Of a DNA stretch of 64,000 nucleotides, positions 13,800-27,560 are shown in pieces. Numbering within the stretch: position 1 is the stretch's first letter; each line of letters starts with the position of its first letter. This DNA is from Perna viridis (lineage: Eukaryota): positions 21,204,001-21,268,000 of the forward strand of contig CM074512.1 in the NCBI GenBank assembly GCA_037379345.1, written 5' to 3'. The notes under the pieces were generated by a model. That model was given only the letters and a program-made list of their open reading frames with translations. It ran no database searches and was not told where the DNA came from. The translations under genes and the position numbers were made by a program.

Positions 13800-16700
13800 C
13801 TACAAATAATATAGAAAAATGTTTGTTTCTGCCTGCAAAAAGATTTTATGTAACAAATAACACGAAGTTCCGAATAGAATTTTCATACAATGCTAACAAT
13901 AATACTAATGATAAATTCTTTATTTAAAGAGGGTATGATAACTCCCATAAAATTAAGGGAATCAAACTTTCCTGATAATATGCATAACTACGTATGACGT
14001 CATTGTTACCAATTAAATTTCATGAAATTCTGTTCAGAGGAATTATGCGAACATGTTAGACACAAACAATATGTCGCCCCACCATTGCAGTGAGACATAG
14101 TTAAACTCTGGCTGCTGGAGGTATTAATTCCTTACACATACAAAATAGTACCAATGAGGAAATATTTAAATACCAATTTTCAATGACATTTCTATATACT
14201 GCATGGGTAATTGTGTATTATGGAAAAGGATGTCCAATAGACATATAAATGTTACATACCGGTAGTGTAAATCACTATCAAAGCCAGGTAAGTGTAATAG
14301 TGATTTAGAACATTAGTATTCAATACCTATTAGATCATTCTCTTCTATAGAACACAGCTCTATCCTGCTTTGGTACCTATGTCTCTCAGCTGCTGCATAG
14401 CCCTCCTTTCTTCTTATCTTTATCTGTTCCTGTGTTAAATCTTTATCTTTCTTTTGTGTAACCCTATTGTAGTTTTCTCTGTTAAAATATATTGGCTAGT
14501 TTTAGAATGTTCTTCTATTAGTGGTGATACATAACAACTTCATAAGAATGATAAAATAGATTAATTGAATGTATTGGACTAAATCCTTAAAAGTATTTGA
14601 GATGAAATGAAAACAGTTTCCTCTCCGTAGGAAATCTTTTGTTTACCTTCCTAGCTCTACAGCCACACTGTTAACGTCTAACTTCATCAACTGTGGGTAC
14701 TGCTGCTCATGGAGTGTTGGTTGTACTGTGGATTTTGCTTGTCCACTGTGAAAGAATACACGGAGAAAGTTTTATTTTAGTCAGTATTTCACGTTATATT
14801 TACGACGCTGGTGTCGTTCTTAATGCTTGACTAGTTCATACGTCTTTAAATTCGTTTAAAAATAACAAAGAAAATGTTGGTTTCTGTATATTTCAAAAAT
14901 GAAATACACTAGCTTGGATAATAGTTTAAGCCGGCCATAGAGATTACAAACACTTGCTGTACTGAATTTCTTAAATAAAGTATTTGGAAATGGAGGGCCT
15001 ACCAAGCAACCCAAACATACACACACGCACATACACAGTTCAACTTTAATTGAGTTGTTGTACCTTATACCTATGATTAAAGATTCAGTTTTGGTTATTT
15101 TACCATTAAAATCAAATTCTACGACCAATCTTTTATTGCCAGCTTGTAAAGACAATTTTATTATACGACTTTCAATTTCAGCATTAGTAATTGGCAACTG
15201 TTGCACATCTTACTGGCGTTAATCCAGAAACCATTGATAAATTCCGTGGTAAAGAATACCTCAAAATAAATACAAGACCAATCACGGGTTCCCCTTGTCT
15301 TGCTATTACTGTGCCAAATGGAAATGTTTCCTTCCGTATACTAAGTTCTAACAAACGTTTGAATCTGGGTGTCCACGAGCGGAACAAAGGACACGTGTTG
15401 ATAAAGTTTTCTCTTTCTCTGTATTCTTCTTCTTGTTTAGCCTGATTTAAAGTATCAAATCAATCTTGTATATTATTTACAAAAGACCAAAAATACGGAC
15501 GTCTTCAAGTACCCTCCTGTGTAAGAATCAGGCAATAGGTGGCACATCATTTTTTTTAAATTTATCCTGCAGCATCTATGACATAGATATTTTTGACTGT
15601 TTATACATGGAAGAAGTGCTAGCAAATTTTCCCACCATTTTTCCATTGTGCATTTCAACTAAATTTGACCTATAAGTATCTCAAAAAGCCAAACTTTACA
15701 AACACACTGACGGTTGTTTCTGGAGGTCATGAGGTGTAGATACTTGGACAATGCCATAAAAATCTTTGTTTTCTTTTCTTCATGTGCCACACCTTCTACA
15801 CATTTTCCATGATTCTTAGACAGAGAGGTACTTATAGAGTGGTTTTCTGTAATGTATAATTTTAAATGGCCAAGAACAAATAGTAAAAAATGATAGATAT
15901 GTCTTCACAAGTACAAAGTACAATAATTCTGAACTAAATGAAAAAAAAGTACTTTTGTATTATTTGATCTAGGACCAATCTTTCCTATTGACAACGAAGT
16001 TAGAACTGAGAATTTAAACTTAAAATTAACCATTCTAAAAGATATCACTCCGGACGGCAAATGTTTATTTTTCCTATGTCTATTTTTTCATTTAAAATGT
16101 ATCTACCTGAAATTAATCATAATTTTATTTCGATTAAGGTTTAATATTTTCGAATCAAATTCCTATTTTAAAATTTAATATCGATGTGAACTTCACGTTT
16201 AAAGAATTCAAATTTGGTTATCCTTAATGCACAATTTATTCAATTTTGGTGCATGAGATCGAGTACGTGGTACTTGTACGCAATAGACAAACCTTCATTG
16301 AACGGTTAAATAACTCCCTGCTAACCACCAGCAAGTCCGTCTCCTCGTCAGCAATAACAGTTGCATTACGGACAGAATCTTCGCTCATTAGGGCAACTTC
16401 ACCAAAACTCTTTCCTGCCTCTAAAATGACGTTGGGATAATGTTATTCCGAAAATGACTATTCACCAACAAAGAGATATGAACATCCACCTAGATCTTAC
16501 TGTATCATTAAATAACTTGAACGGCTTACTGGGTAGATAAATTTAAGATTTTGATTAAAATTTTCAACATGTAGATATCCCCATAGTAGCTTGAATTCAT
16601 TGGGTGAATCTATTATTCTGAGGATGTTATCGAGTTATTGAAACTTCAACGGTTTTGTCAAGTTGGTAATACGTCCAAAAACCGTTATAATTAAGTTTGA

Positions 16701-19700
16701 AATGTACATAAAAATTATGTATTAAACTTTCGGAGCTTATGATGCATTGAAAGTGAAATCGATCTTATACTATAAAGCACCAAAAACGTTACGTGAACTC
16801 ACCCATAAGAAACTTCAAACTGAATAGTAACGTCGGGAATTTAATAAAAGCTTTATAACAAAATAATAACTTTATTGGCTATAAACGTATTAATTGAAGG
16901 TAAATTGGCCTCAAATCGAGCTTTTGTTGCTTATTGAAAAGTTATAAATATAAGAAGCGAGGGACAATCGATAAAGTTATGAATGACAAGGGGCAGTCGG
17001 TCTAATTATCTTTGTTTCTGCGATAGAACGCAAGGAATAATTTATTTTTGTTCGTCTTTTCACAATACAAAAGTGGACTAAATCTGTATCTGCAAAATTC
17101 GCACCAATCGGTCTGCCTATATTAATAAAACACTGGTGTCGTAAATGAGTATTTTTCTGTCTTTTTGTTAAAATAATCTTTTTTTTTTTTGCTGGTTTCT
17201 TCGTAACCTCAGAAGCATATACGCTATCGATAAGTTGAGTTAATGTGTTCATGTGAACTGTACTAAAATCAGTGATTCCCAGTCTATAAAATAGTGTGTA
17301 GAGCTCCAAACTACTCTTACATAACGAGAAAAAAAATATCTCTTGAGCTGAATAACAATGATTTGTTTACCAAAATTACAATCAGTTATGTTTCTCTTAG
17401 TGGATTTTTGGAATGTGCATATAATTACCTATACAATTGTATATACTATTGTTCCATCATTCATTGTACTTGTATGTGAACTAGTTTACTTACCATAATG
17501 TAAGATGAATTTCCCATACTTGTTCCTGTCAAGTTTCTTTTTCTTTCCGCGGTCCAAGTCCAAATTAGTTTTGTCTTGTGCATCATGGTCATTTTTTTCA
17601 TTCTCCATTAGAGAACTATCCTCGTCGGATTTCGTCGTGTCGATGTAAACTGCTGTCCTTCCCGTAAGCATAATGAAAAATCTATCAAAGGTATTGAAAA
17701 AGAAATAAATGAATTGGACCTCTGTGAAATTGGACAATATCCCCTTGATTGTTTTGAAAGCATAACAATTAAGGTATTTTAGTTATGCTTTGTTTGTTTT
17801 ATACTAGATTGTGTCTTGATTTGTTCAGTATTGAATCACTGATCCAGAAAAGCACAGTAGAACCCTACCATTACAGCACAATGATGTTTTCGTTTTTATC
17901 CGTGAGAGTTGTAGCGAAATAAAAAAATATATAATACTGAATAGTAATTATGAACAAACAATAACCTATAACCAAATATAACTTTAAACTCTGACAGCAG
18001 TATTTCTTTGACTTCGTCTCAATGGATACTTTTGTAGGCCTTATCATACGGATCATTTCATCAATTGAAAGTTTATTTCTTTCTATAATGGCTTCCAAAA
18101 TTGGCCAAAACGTATTATTCGCCTTTAAAGGGCAAAAACTCCAACTATGAGTCACTCTGAAAAAAAAAGTGTCACTTTTCGTCTTCAGGACAATACTTGA
18201 TGGTAGTTATCTAAAACCAAATATAAAATTAACCTCTAACAAGGAGTCATTTACAACCTCGACCATAAAGACTTTTGTAGGCCTTTTTTCATGTTTGAAT
18301 GTTTCTCTCTGTCAATAATGATTTCCAAGATGTTGACTAAAATCTGCAAAAAGCGTCATTTTCACCATTTGAGGGCAATAGCTCTAATAAGGAGTCAGTC
18401 TACAACTATAACTTAATGTAGACTTCTGTAGGTATTATCATAGGTCTCATTTTAACAATATCTATTACAGGTTTCAAATTATAAGCTGAGAAATCCCACA
18501 AAATCGTTATTTTGGCCTTTAAAAGGAAAACACTCTAAAGAAGCAGAAGTAATACAGCTTCGGTCCAATGAAAACTTTAGTAGGCATTTTAATAAGAATT
18601 ATTCCAATAATTAAAAGTTTATTTCTAGTCCTCTATTACAATTGTAAAATTATATGCTTCGACATCACAAATATCACCATTTCGACATTTCGAAGGTAAT
18701 TACTCCAATAAAGAGTAGTTGTACAACTTCGAAAAAATGAAGACTTTTGTAGAAGCTCTTCAAAACGAAGTCAAATTGCATGTACTTTCTAGTATCTCAT
18801 TGTTTTTTGGGATGTATATAGAAATTGGTGACCTCACCCCTATGGTCTAAAAAAAACAATGACAGTCACGCTTGATCTGCACAATTGACACAATTTTGAA
18901 AGAAGATACACACAAGAAAACTGTTGCCAAAGTTACGTAATCATCCACTGAGTGGTTTCAGGAGAGATTTTGAAGGAACGACAGAGATGACGGACGTAAA
19001 GTGGTGATTGCAGATCATATGGGCGTTAGGTTCAAGTGAGCTAAAACTCAAACTGTTGGGTAAACAAAGTAAAATACAGTGTATGGAGTAAGGTATATTC
19101 AAGTGCGGATCCAAGATTTAGGGCGTGGGCGTAAACATAACTGATTCCTGAACAGACAAGCCTCCAAAATATTACGGGTGAAACTTGTCTGAAAGAACAT
19201 TACTACAAAGTATCTGCCGAGAACAGGAATTCAGTGACCGGATGCTCTGTATAGTTGTTTTCAAACATTTTAAGGAGATTCCTCGAAAGATTTGTTATGA
19301 TTTTGTTCTTTCGTCAGGGCTTTGTGTGTAGATACCAATAACTTACCGATCCCCTGTCTCTCCTTGCCTGATAACAACGTCATCCCGACACGCTTTCAGA
19401 TAGGCACAATTCCTAATCACGTCGGTCAAAATTGCTGAAAGGAAGAAAGTTCACATTAACCAATTTGTACTTTTTACCTGCTCGAAACCAAACTCCGATT
19501 TACCAACTTTTTAATGGCATTACTTTATACAAACTTTTTTAATATGATATTTCTAAAGAGCTTAAACTCAAATGTAGTCAATTGGTTGTCTGAAAATAAG
19601 GATTCGTGTTTTAATGGTTTTGTTCAAACAACAGCTCAGGATAAATATAAGCTTTCTTTTGATGAGACAAACTATGTAATATACATATAGATTTATGTAT

Positions 19701-22700
19701 GTTTCGACACCTAGAACAAATGATATTACACATCCGGAACAAAACACGTCTTAAATAATTCAGAGTGAAATCAAAACTGAATAACAACTGTTGTCTTTTC
19801 CATTAAGCGTTAGTGATTTTTATCGGTATTTTTGTCGGTAATATAAAAGTCCTCTCGGCGATAGTAAGGGACATTTACATTTTATTTTAGCCAACAAATA
19901 GGTTTGAGATTAAAGAAACGAAATATTAATATGACATTTCGGTGATTTGTTTTTATCGAAAGCTTTTATGTTAAAATAAAATCTTGCCACAAATTCTTAT
20001 GTCTATGAACCAAAAAAGCCAAACTACTTCAGCGTAGACTATTTTGTATTCGATAGTTACCGGTACTTTTCTAGACCACACTTAGTAAAAACAGCGTTTA
20101 ACTTTTAAAAATAGCTTTAACTCAATTTTTATTATATTAAATCTTGAAAATGAGAACTTAGAGAAATCGATTGATACTAAAGAAAGTATTGAAAAAAAAT
20201 CTAATATCCACTTAAAAGAATATAAGCTGGAAATGAAATATTGGCGTTAATCGTGAGCAAATAAAAGAGTAATACGGTAAAATCAAACATCCCTTGGTTG
20301 GTTAGTCTATAAACGTCTTCTCAATGGTTTTCTTGCACAAATATTTGCACGGGTTCATTCAAGAAAGCGTCGACACAGAGGAATTGATTATTTATAAGAT
20401 ATGTCAACACTGAGAAAGTGAATAATTGTATATAGGCCTGTTGAGGCAGATGCTACACATCTATAAGTAGATACTGCATGTTGTGAGTTAAACTTTTTGT
20501 ATCTTTCTTTCGTGCTATCTAAAATGAGGGTACAATTTGCGCGTGTTGTAACGTTAAATAGAGCAAAAATCATCATTTTAGTTAATCCATGAACTAGACC
20601 AATAAAATACACATGACCTGGTTTATCAAATACTTTAGTCTACTAGAACATGCGAAAGATCCAGATAACTATTAATATACGAATGCCCAAAAATATAAGT
20701 CCTAAAAGATGCTCTAAAAGGTAAAAAAAAATGGGTAAATACGAACTTAATATTCCATTGTTTAACAGCAAACAATATTGTGTTCTAGTCGCACACATTT
20801 ATCATTGAAAACGTCAAACACTGCAGTAGAAGAACTGACAACGCTCTACAACAATACATATTGTATACTGAATCAAAACTCATATATAACTGCTTGAATA
20901 TAAATTCTATTGAATATAGGAATGGGTATGCAATGAATAATTTCTACGGAGTTTAGTTTTCAGCTATGCAATTAAAAAAATTGCAATGCATTTACTTAAA
21001 AAATGAAATGAATATAGCCTTAGCGTAAATGTCATTAAAGTACACCTCGACTGGTACAGCCGAAGTAAGTAGAGCAAACTTCAAGTGCCAAATAGAACAC
21101 CAGAACTGTTTTAACTGATAGCCATGTCTTATTGAGTGTTACTCTACTTAAACGACTGTTTATACAAACTAAATAAACATTTGTAAAGATTTTTGTAAAG
21201 TTCGAAGGCATGGGGAGTAAGTTGTTTAAACAGATTGATCCATATAGACAACTATCAACTCTGAAATAATTCGTTTACATACTGAATTGGAAAACTCGAT
21301 TTTAATAACTTATTTAGAACTTCGAACTGATATTGATTACGAACAGTTACAGGGAAGGTTGAGCGACATTGTACCAGTGATTGGGAAAGACAGGGGTCAT
21401 ATGTCCATAGAAGCTGAAAATTGCCTTACAAAGTTACAGGATTTTATTTAGAATGTTAAACATGGAACATTAAAAGCTTGAAAGAGTAATGAAGGGAACA
21501 AAGGTTATAGCGGTAATCAAAAGAATGCAATCAAGGGACAAAGACCAGACATGGAAACAGACATACACAACAAAGAACATAAAATAATTAAAATCATACA
21601 TACAGAGTAACAAAAGCAAATGAGCAACTTGGACTCCACCAAAAACTGGGAGCATGGACCAGGTGCCCCGGTAGGGTAAGCGTCCTCTGCTTTTCTAGAA
21701 ACACCCGCCGAGTTGCTCATAAAAAGTCAAGTCCGGGGTAGACAAATGAGGAAAGGAAAACTGACCCGTTGAATAAATCAGTTTTCATGGTACAGATGGA
21801 TACACCATAACGATTCACGAGTTCATGATGACGACCATAAAACTTCTGTAGTGATGACTTCAATCTTGTAGCAACATAACCCTGTTCCAGCAGCCTATTT
21901 GTTAGAGTTCTAGCGCGATACAAAAAGTCTGCGTAGTTTCGGCAAGCTCTGGCAAAACGTATGAGTTGTGATATGAACACTCTATACGCAGGTGCTGAAG
22001 GGATGTTGCCACAGATGAAAGGAAAGTTGACAATTTTTAATAAAAAGTAATCACGTTTGTTGTAACGTTTTGTCAATAGTTTTCCTTTACCATGGATTTC
22101 TAAGTGTAGGTCAAGATATGAGGCTGACTTCACAGTGTCTGTAGTATCCTTTATCTCAAGTTCTTTGGGGTAGATGCAATGTATCAAATCCCTTAAATTA
22201 GGATTGTTCGAAGATAATACAATATATAGCCAAACGATATTTTTTCTTTCGGATCAGATCAGCTATAAAGTCAGCCTTATAAGTGTGAAGGGGAATAGGT
22301 CAGCAAGTAAATGAGCACAATTTGTTCCGTTGGAATGCCGACCGTTTATTGAAAAACACGTCCACCAAACTGGACAAATATGTTGTCGATTAAAAATTCC
22401 AGCATTTTGTAAACATCTTTCTCTGTATATTTGGAAAATGATTTTGAATTATTTCTTACAAAGTGTGAGAAATCTTTACCAAGAACTATATATTTGTATC
22501 TAGGCGTACCATCGTTTTTTGGAAAAACAACGATGTATAATGTTTTTAAGTCGGGATTTTAACTGAGTATAGGGAATAGAAGTATACAGTGTTGAAAAAT
22601 CATAGGTTTTAATGCTATTGTACCCTGATAATAGTCTTGAACTGATTGTCTCCAAAAGATCTTTCGAATTTTTCAGGATCCACATTGAATTAATATCGCT

Positions 22701-23947
22701 ACGGGAGTAACAAGTGTTGTGGTAGGACTGCAGGCCCTCTCTCACAGTTGTGAGTATAGAAGTAAAAAGTTCTGAAAGAGGTTTGGTGGTACATTGTGCA
22801 GATCCAGCTATGAAACCTTGTTTGTATGGATTCTTGTGGAGTTTAGGAATCCAGTACATAGACGGTAAGTCACAATCATCGTCCTTGGTAGAGAGACCAA
22901 AAGAGGATAGCACAGATTTATGGTTTTCCACAATCTCTTCTTTGGAGAATGTGGTAGCAGTATAGGTCTTATCACTGCTATTATTTTCTACGTCTACCTC
23001 TGATAATAAACATTGGATGTAAAACGTGTTGCAGACAAAAACAATGCTGGTATGACAACATACTTGTCATGTATAGTAGACAATGTTTTTGCTACATCGG
23101 GTCTTATTTGTTTAAAAAAAAGCTAAAAATGGCCCATTTTGAAAAACAAAATCTTTCCTGACCACTGGTTGTGTCTGACCTCTTAATTTTGTAAAAGTAA
23201 GTACCATGAGAGCAGTTTCCTGACAAAAAAAATAATGAACATGCGTTGGTAATAGGGAGGCACTAATGCGCACCTGAAATGCGAATATCGATACATGGTG
23301 CATTATGGTATGCGCTTGAGAATACCCTTTAAAAGTCAGAGAGGTAATGAGTTTGACGACCTTGTCCCCTGACTGTGAAAAGAAAAGTCTGAAATTTCAC
23401 GCTGACAAATCGATGAAACCCATGTAAGCATTAACAACAGATGGAATGTAGTCCGAAGTGATGTATTAAAGATCCCGGGAGTATTAATAGTCAAAATATC
23501 CCCAATGTCAAAATGTAAATGGTCTTAATAACCTAACATCAAAAAAAAAAAAAAACACCTGATAAAGTACTACAGTAACACGACACAGACGACACCATGT
23601 TAATGCCAAATTCTTACTTTTAAAATTAACGCAAATACACGTTTGACAACAATAAGAACACGCACATGTACATGTATAATTCCACATATTATTGTCATAA
23701 TCTCGACTGCTATCATCATCATCTCGACTCCTATTATTGTCATCATCATTTCGACCGATCTTTTAACCACAACCTATCATACCGTTGAGGAAATCTTTGT
23801 ACAAGAAATAAACTTACCATTGTCTAGGTCTTTAAGTAAGTCACTTTTCCTCCTTAACCATGGTAACACAACTAGAATATCACGGTCTTTCCTTAGGGGC
23901 GGTTTCTTTGATATGAGTTCCACAACTCGATGCTGGAGCTGAGCCAT
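12763..23947 (-). CDS. Tandem cyclic-nucleotide-binding domain protein (CNBD2/CRIS-like), ~667 aa, 8 coding exons: 23818-23947, 19347-19434, 17494-17681, 16293-16420, 15260-15441, 14647-14745, 14327-14478, 12763-13799
   Basis: Exons total 2004 nt in one frame with GT-AG junctions. CNB-A: VVIRQGETGDRFFIMLTG...GKSFGEVALMSEDSVRNATVIAD. CNB-B: VIARQGEPVIGLVFILSG...LIGDLEMVL. The start could be 6 nt upstream (ATG at 23953). Confidence 0.88.
14327..14478 (-). CDS. CNBD gene exon 7 (ENYNRV...RRKEGYAAAERHRYQSRIELCSIEENDLI)
   Basis: aacag / gtattg; phase-consistent. Confidence 0.82.
14647..14745 (-). CDS. CNBD gene exon 6 (GQAKSTVQPTLHEQQYPQLMKLDVNSVAVELG)
   Basis: ttcacag / gtaaac; phase-consistent. 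Confidence 0.8.
15260..15441 (-). CDS. CNBD gene exon 5 (AKQEEEY...PLFRSW...VIARQGEPVIGLVFIL)
   Basis: Start of second CNB domain; cag / gtat. Confidence 0.88.
16293..16420 (-). CDS. CNBD gene exon 4, phosphate-binding cassette (AGKSFGEVALMSEDSVRNATVIADEETDLLVVSRELF)
   Basis: Canonical FGE.AL...R.A motif; ttttag / gtttg. Confidence 0.9.
17494..17681 (-). CDS. CNBD gene exon 3 (FFIMLTGRTAVYID...KYGKFILHY)
   Basis: tag / gtaagt; in frame. Confidence 0.85.
18020..19045 (+). mobile_element. Non-autonomous element with ~165-bp internal satellite-like units (same unit family as 32915-34410)
   Basis: Units aagggcaa.aactc...gacttttgtaggcc; 3' end ...gtgagctaaaa. Confidence 0.65.
19347..19434 (-). 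CDS. CNBD gene exon 2 (ILTDVIRNCAYLKACRDDVVIRQGETGD)
   Basis: tttcag / gtaagt; CNB beta-strand motif. Confidence 0.85.
21480..23103 (-). mobile_element. Penelope-like retroelement (Naiad-type RT), 5'-truncated and disrupted; copy 1, in intron 1 of the CNBD gene
   Basis: RT fragments MYWIPKLHKNPYKQ.FIAGS, MWILKNSKDLL, TYDFSTLYTSIP, SASYLDLHL, IVNFPFICGNIPSAPAY, with the ORF ending after the thumb. Frameshifts, a stop, and a deletion removing YIDD. Confidence 0.88.
23818..23947 (-). CDS. CNBD gene exon 1 (MAQLQHRVVELISKKPPLRKDRDILVVLPWLRRKSDLLKDLDN)
   Basis: g|gtaagt donor; phase 1 matches the next exon. Confidence 0.75.
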
Positions 23948-25993
23948 GACCATTAATGTTGTGTTGAAAAATGACAAAATCTCTATCAAAATCAATCTAT
24001 TAAACTCCGCTTAAATAGCACAATATTGTTCATTTGAGTTAATCACTGAAACCGGCCTTTTTAACCAATAAACAAAGCACTTCACAGCCAATATGTGAAG
24101 TGAAATTTGCCACCCTTTTAATTCAGTGTTTAACCTGTCATATATAGATCAGAATTTTTAAACAAACACATCTTTGTGTAGACATCAAAGTTTGTATGTA
24201 TGGGTATACTATAAAGAGAAACACGACACACAGAATCCGGAATATAACAATCACAAACTGTATCTGAAAACAAGATACATTAATGACGCGTTAAAAAAAC
24301 TGAAATTGTATTTAAATCATTCTTTTCTCACGTAATCCAATAGGGGTCGGAAAAGTGACAATAGAATTGAACATTTAACATCGGAAGGTTTGCAATTACC
24401 GATAAAATTCTAATTTGAGAATGTCAACTTTAAAATATCAATACTTAAAAATTTAAGCATATGTCATATCAGAAATTCATTTCAATGAAAAGTAAATAAT
24501 TGTTTAAATGTGATATACAATATTTAAGTAGCAAGAAGAAAACTTGGTTAACGCCTTCTTTCCGTTTCATTTTTCTCCAATTATTTATGAATACACAAAA
24601 AGCGCTTAATTAGATTTACGGTTTTAACACAATGTATCGGTAAACATGTAATATTATAATTTTCATTTAAAAAGTCATTTGTTGGATTCGACCTTACTTT
24701 TCCATAAAATCTGTGATTTTAAAAACAAATTTCAATTTGACGTTAACCATTCTACTCTGAAAACCCTTCAAAATTACAAAGGATCAAATACAGCCATATA
24801 ACACGTTTATCGCAAGTTTTCTATTCATTAGCATATTTCATAGGAATGAGATCTGCCCTGTCAATGGGATGTCATCACTGCCGAAATAAAACCTACAAAA
24901 CCCACTTGACCCAAAACTCCTCAGTGCAGCTAGACGTCTATTCTAATGTACCTACTGCAGAATTCTACCCTGGATTCCGGAGAGTTCTGCAAATATTTGT
25001 TCTGTAATTTAATCTTTGAAAGGAATTAATAAGATATCGTCCCAAGGATGAATCTGTATATTTTGCTTTAGTTTTACCTTTGATTTCGTAAAAACTAAAT
25101 GAAAAAAAAAAACAAGTACAAGTAGTTATGTTGTCTTATAAACAAGGCTCCATAAGATAGAGTAAAAGACAGTGTGTATGGTTTAAGAGTGTCGTCAGCA
25201 CCAGTTACAACATGGTTACGTTTTACTTGTCTAGGTCGACCTATGCTCAAATAAAAAAAGTTTAAATTTTCCTGTTGTTACATGAACCTAGAAGAAACGA
25301 ATATGTTGCTTTTTCGCTGTAGGTCGCTCAACAACCCGTCAGTATAATGCTTGTAAACTGAAGAATGTCATAATATCTTTTGTAGATTTTTCTATCCAAA
25401 TAGGACATATTAGGCAACAATCATTGTCATCTTGGAAAAGTTTTTAGGAGTGAGAAAATTGTTTTAAAAAAATTCTTTCAACAGCAGCAGGAATTTAAAT
25501 ATTTATTTTAAAATCTGCTTTTATTTGTGGAGTAATTGATTGTACGTGTAGATTGAATATCTTAAATCTCTCGCTAATTTGACTTTGAGAGGAAGGAACC
25601 ATTACGACATGTTATTTATTTTCGAATTCATTTTCTTTTTTTAAGGCTAAAGTATATAAAAAACTGCGGATAACATATATTTCCCTTTAATATACTGGTG
25701 TCAATGTTAAAGGTATAATTATGCCTAAACTTGGTGTATTGATATAGGTATCCTAAAAACAAGTTAATACAGACTTGGATCATTACTTACATGAAACAAA
25801 CGATCATAGGTTTATCGCTGAGGAAGCGAATGTCGACTCAAAACCCTGACTTGGGAGGATGGTTATCATGATTTTTATTTAAAGATAATAAGATTACTAA
25901 GGACCATTTTGATTATTTTATCAATATTTTTGAAAAAATAGAACTTCTACGAAATCGGTAACAAATAGTAATGATTACAAATATACCCCCCAC

Positions 25994-26062
25994 AAAAAAA
26001 CAAAACAAAAAACAAAAACAAAAAAACAAAAACAAAAACAAAAACAAAAAACAAAAACAAAA
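25994..26062. repeat. (AAAAAC)n-type microsatellite
   Basis: Directly visible. Confidence 0.95.
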
Positions 26063-26094
26063 AGTTGAAACGAACAAAGGAATCCCAATAGATA

Positions 26095-26345
26095 TCAGTG
26101 ATTTTTGTCAATTAAGAGTACAAGTATTTCAACAGACCATTGGATACTTATGGAAACTAACTGTGCTCCAATCTTGACTGTTCTGTTTCTATTTTTGTAT
26201 GAAACTAGATATTTACAAGGGCTACTACAGAAAGTGACCAGCCCAGTCTTTCAATTTCTGTTCCTCTATCATAGAGCTGTAATTTATTTATGTACAATGC
26301 ACATGATGTATCATCTCTGAATCTTAAATTCAAGTGATACTAGTG
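26095..26345 (+). mobile_element. Old Penelope-like RT relic
   Basis: VFQQTIG..METNCAPILTVLFLFLYETRYLQGLL (motif B' region), frameshifted. Confidence 0.7.
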
Positions 26346-27254
26346 TAACGGGAGTCTTCTGCATGCGCAAGTTTCTCAGTGAAAATGGCCAATTAACCCA
26401 TAGAAATCTGACTAAGAAAACAGCTATATCAATCTAACCATATAAGTAGTGTGATATTCTTTTTAATAAATGGTGGTAAGTGTTTGAACGTTCGCTGATG
26501 TATTCGCTTTTCCAGATTTATGTGTCAATATCAACTACCTATATTCTGACTTAGTAACCTCATACAGGACACCCTGTTATGTGGTACGTTCGTGCACTGG
26601 GCTCTGTAACTATAACACTGTATAAATGAAAACGCCATTAGAAACACAGTTTATTTGAGCCAAGTACACAGCCTTTGATATAAAACAATGGTGCATATCG
26701 CTTATAAATGCATAACGCTTAATGACTTCAAAATTAATCAGTATGACAATGCAACTGGAAGTGACTGACTAACACCCTAAACGTTCGTTTACCACGCCAT
26801 ATTTGTAGCTCGACAGAAAACCAAAAATACAAATAATTTCATGATAATTCAGCGAGTAAAGAAGCCGAAAGGTCCGAATAAATCTAAAGCAAAGTATTCT
26901 CTCAGAATGTTACATTCCTATGAGAAAACGGCATAACCATAGATAAGTTTGAAGCATAAAACATACAGAACATACAGACTGTAACAGTCTTACAGCGTTG
27001 AGTCGGTGTTCTTACACACCTGAATGGCTATCTATAGAAGAAGCGATAAACCGCGCCGATGAACTAGCTTAAATACTAAATGCCTACTGAATTGACCAAT
27101 CATTGCGACGATTGTCACTCGTGTTTATTAACCCAATCTCGTTTTCAAACACATTAAGCATATGTAAAATAGACAGTTAAATGTAAAACTCCGAGCTCAG
27201 CTCACTACTATTTATATCCATAATGAAATCATATGATAATCACGTCACTCCCAT

Positions 27255-27560
27255 TACACTAGTATACCCACATGAACTTGAAATTAAATAAAGAGACAAC
27301 TAATACAGCTTTCTGCTTAATACCATCATACGAAATTTGAGATCGAAACTTTTTGACAAACGTGATGTTTTAACTTTCCAATTGTAAACTTCCACTTTCT
27401 CGATCACGATCTACCGACATCTCCAACCTTCAAAATTTGTACACCGACTTTTTTTAGTAGAGTAAGGAGCGTGTTCAGCCTTTGTTGCTGATCATGGTCG
27501 TCGCTACATTTTATTTTAAAGGAATGATCCTTATCCAGAGATGTTATAAAATGAGTCCTT
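27255..27560 (+). mobile_element. Old Penelope-like RT relic (thumb region)
   Basis: YPHELEI... and KLFDKRD..NFPIVNF.FL readable with frameshifts. Confidence 0.65.

Noticed and set aside
21470-21720. Small ORFs MSNSAGVSRKAEDAYP / MLPVFGGV (also at 29903-30456 and 59452-59724)
   Set aside because: They lie in the retroelement's 3' non-coding region, and frames and lengths differ among copies.
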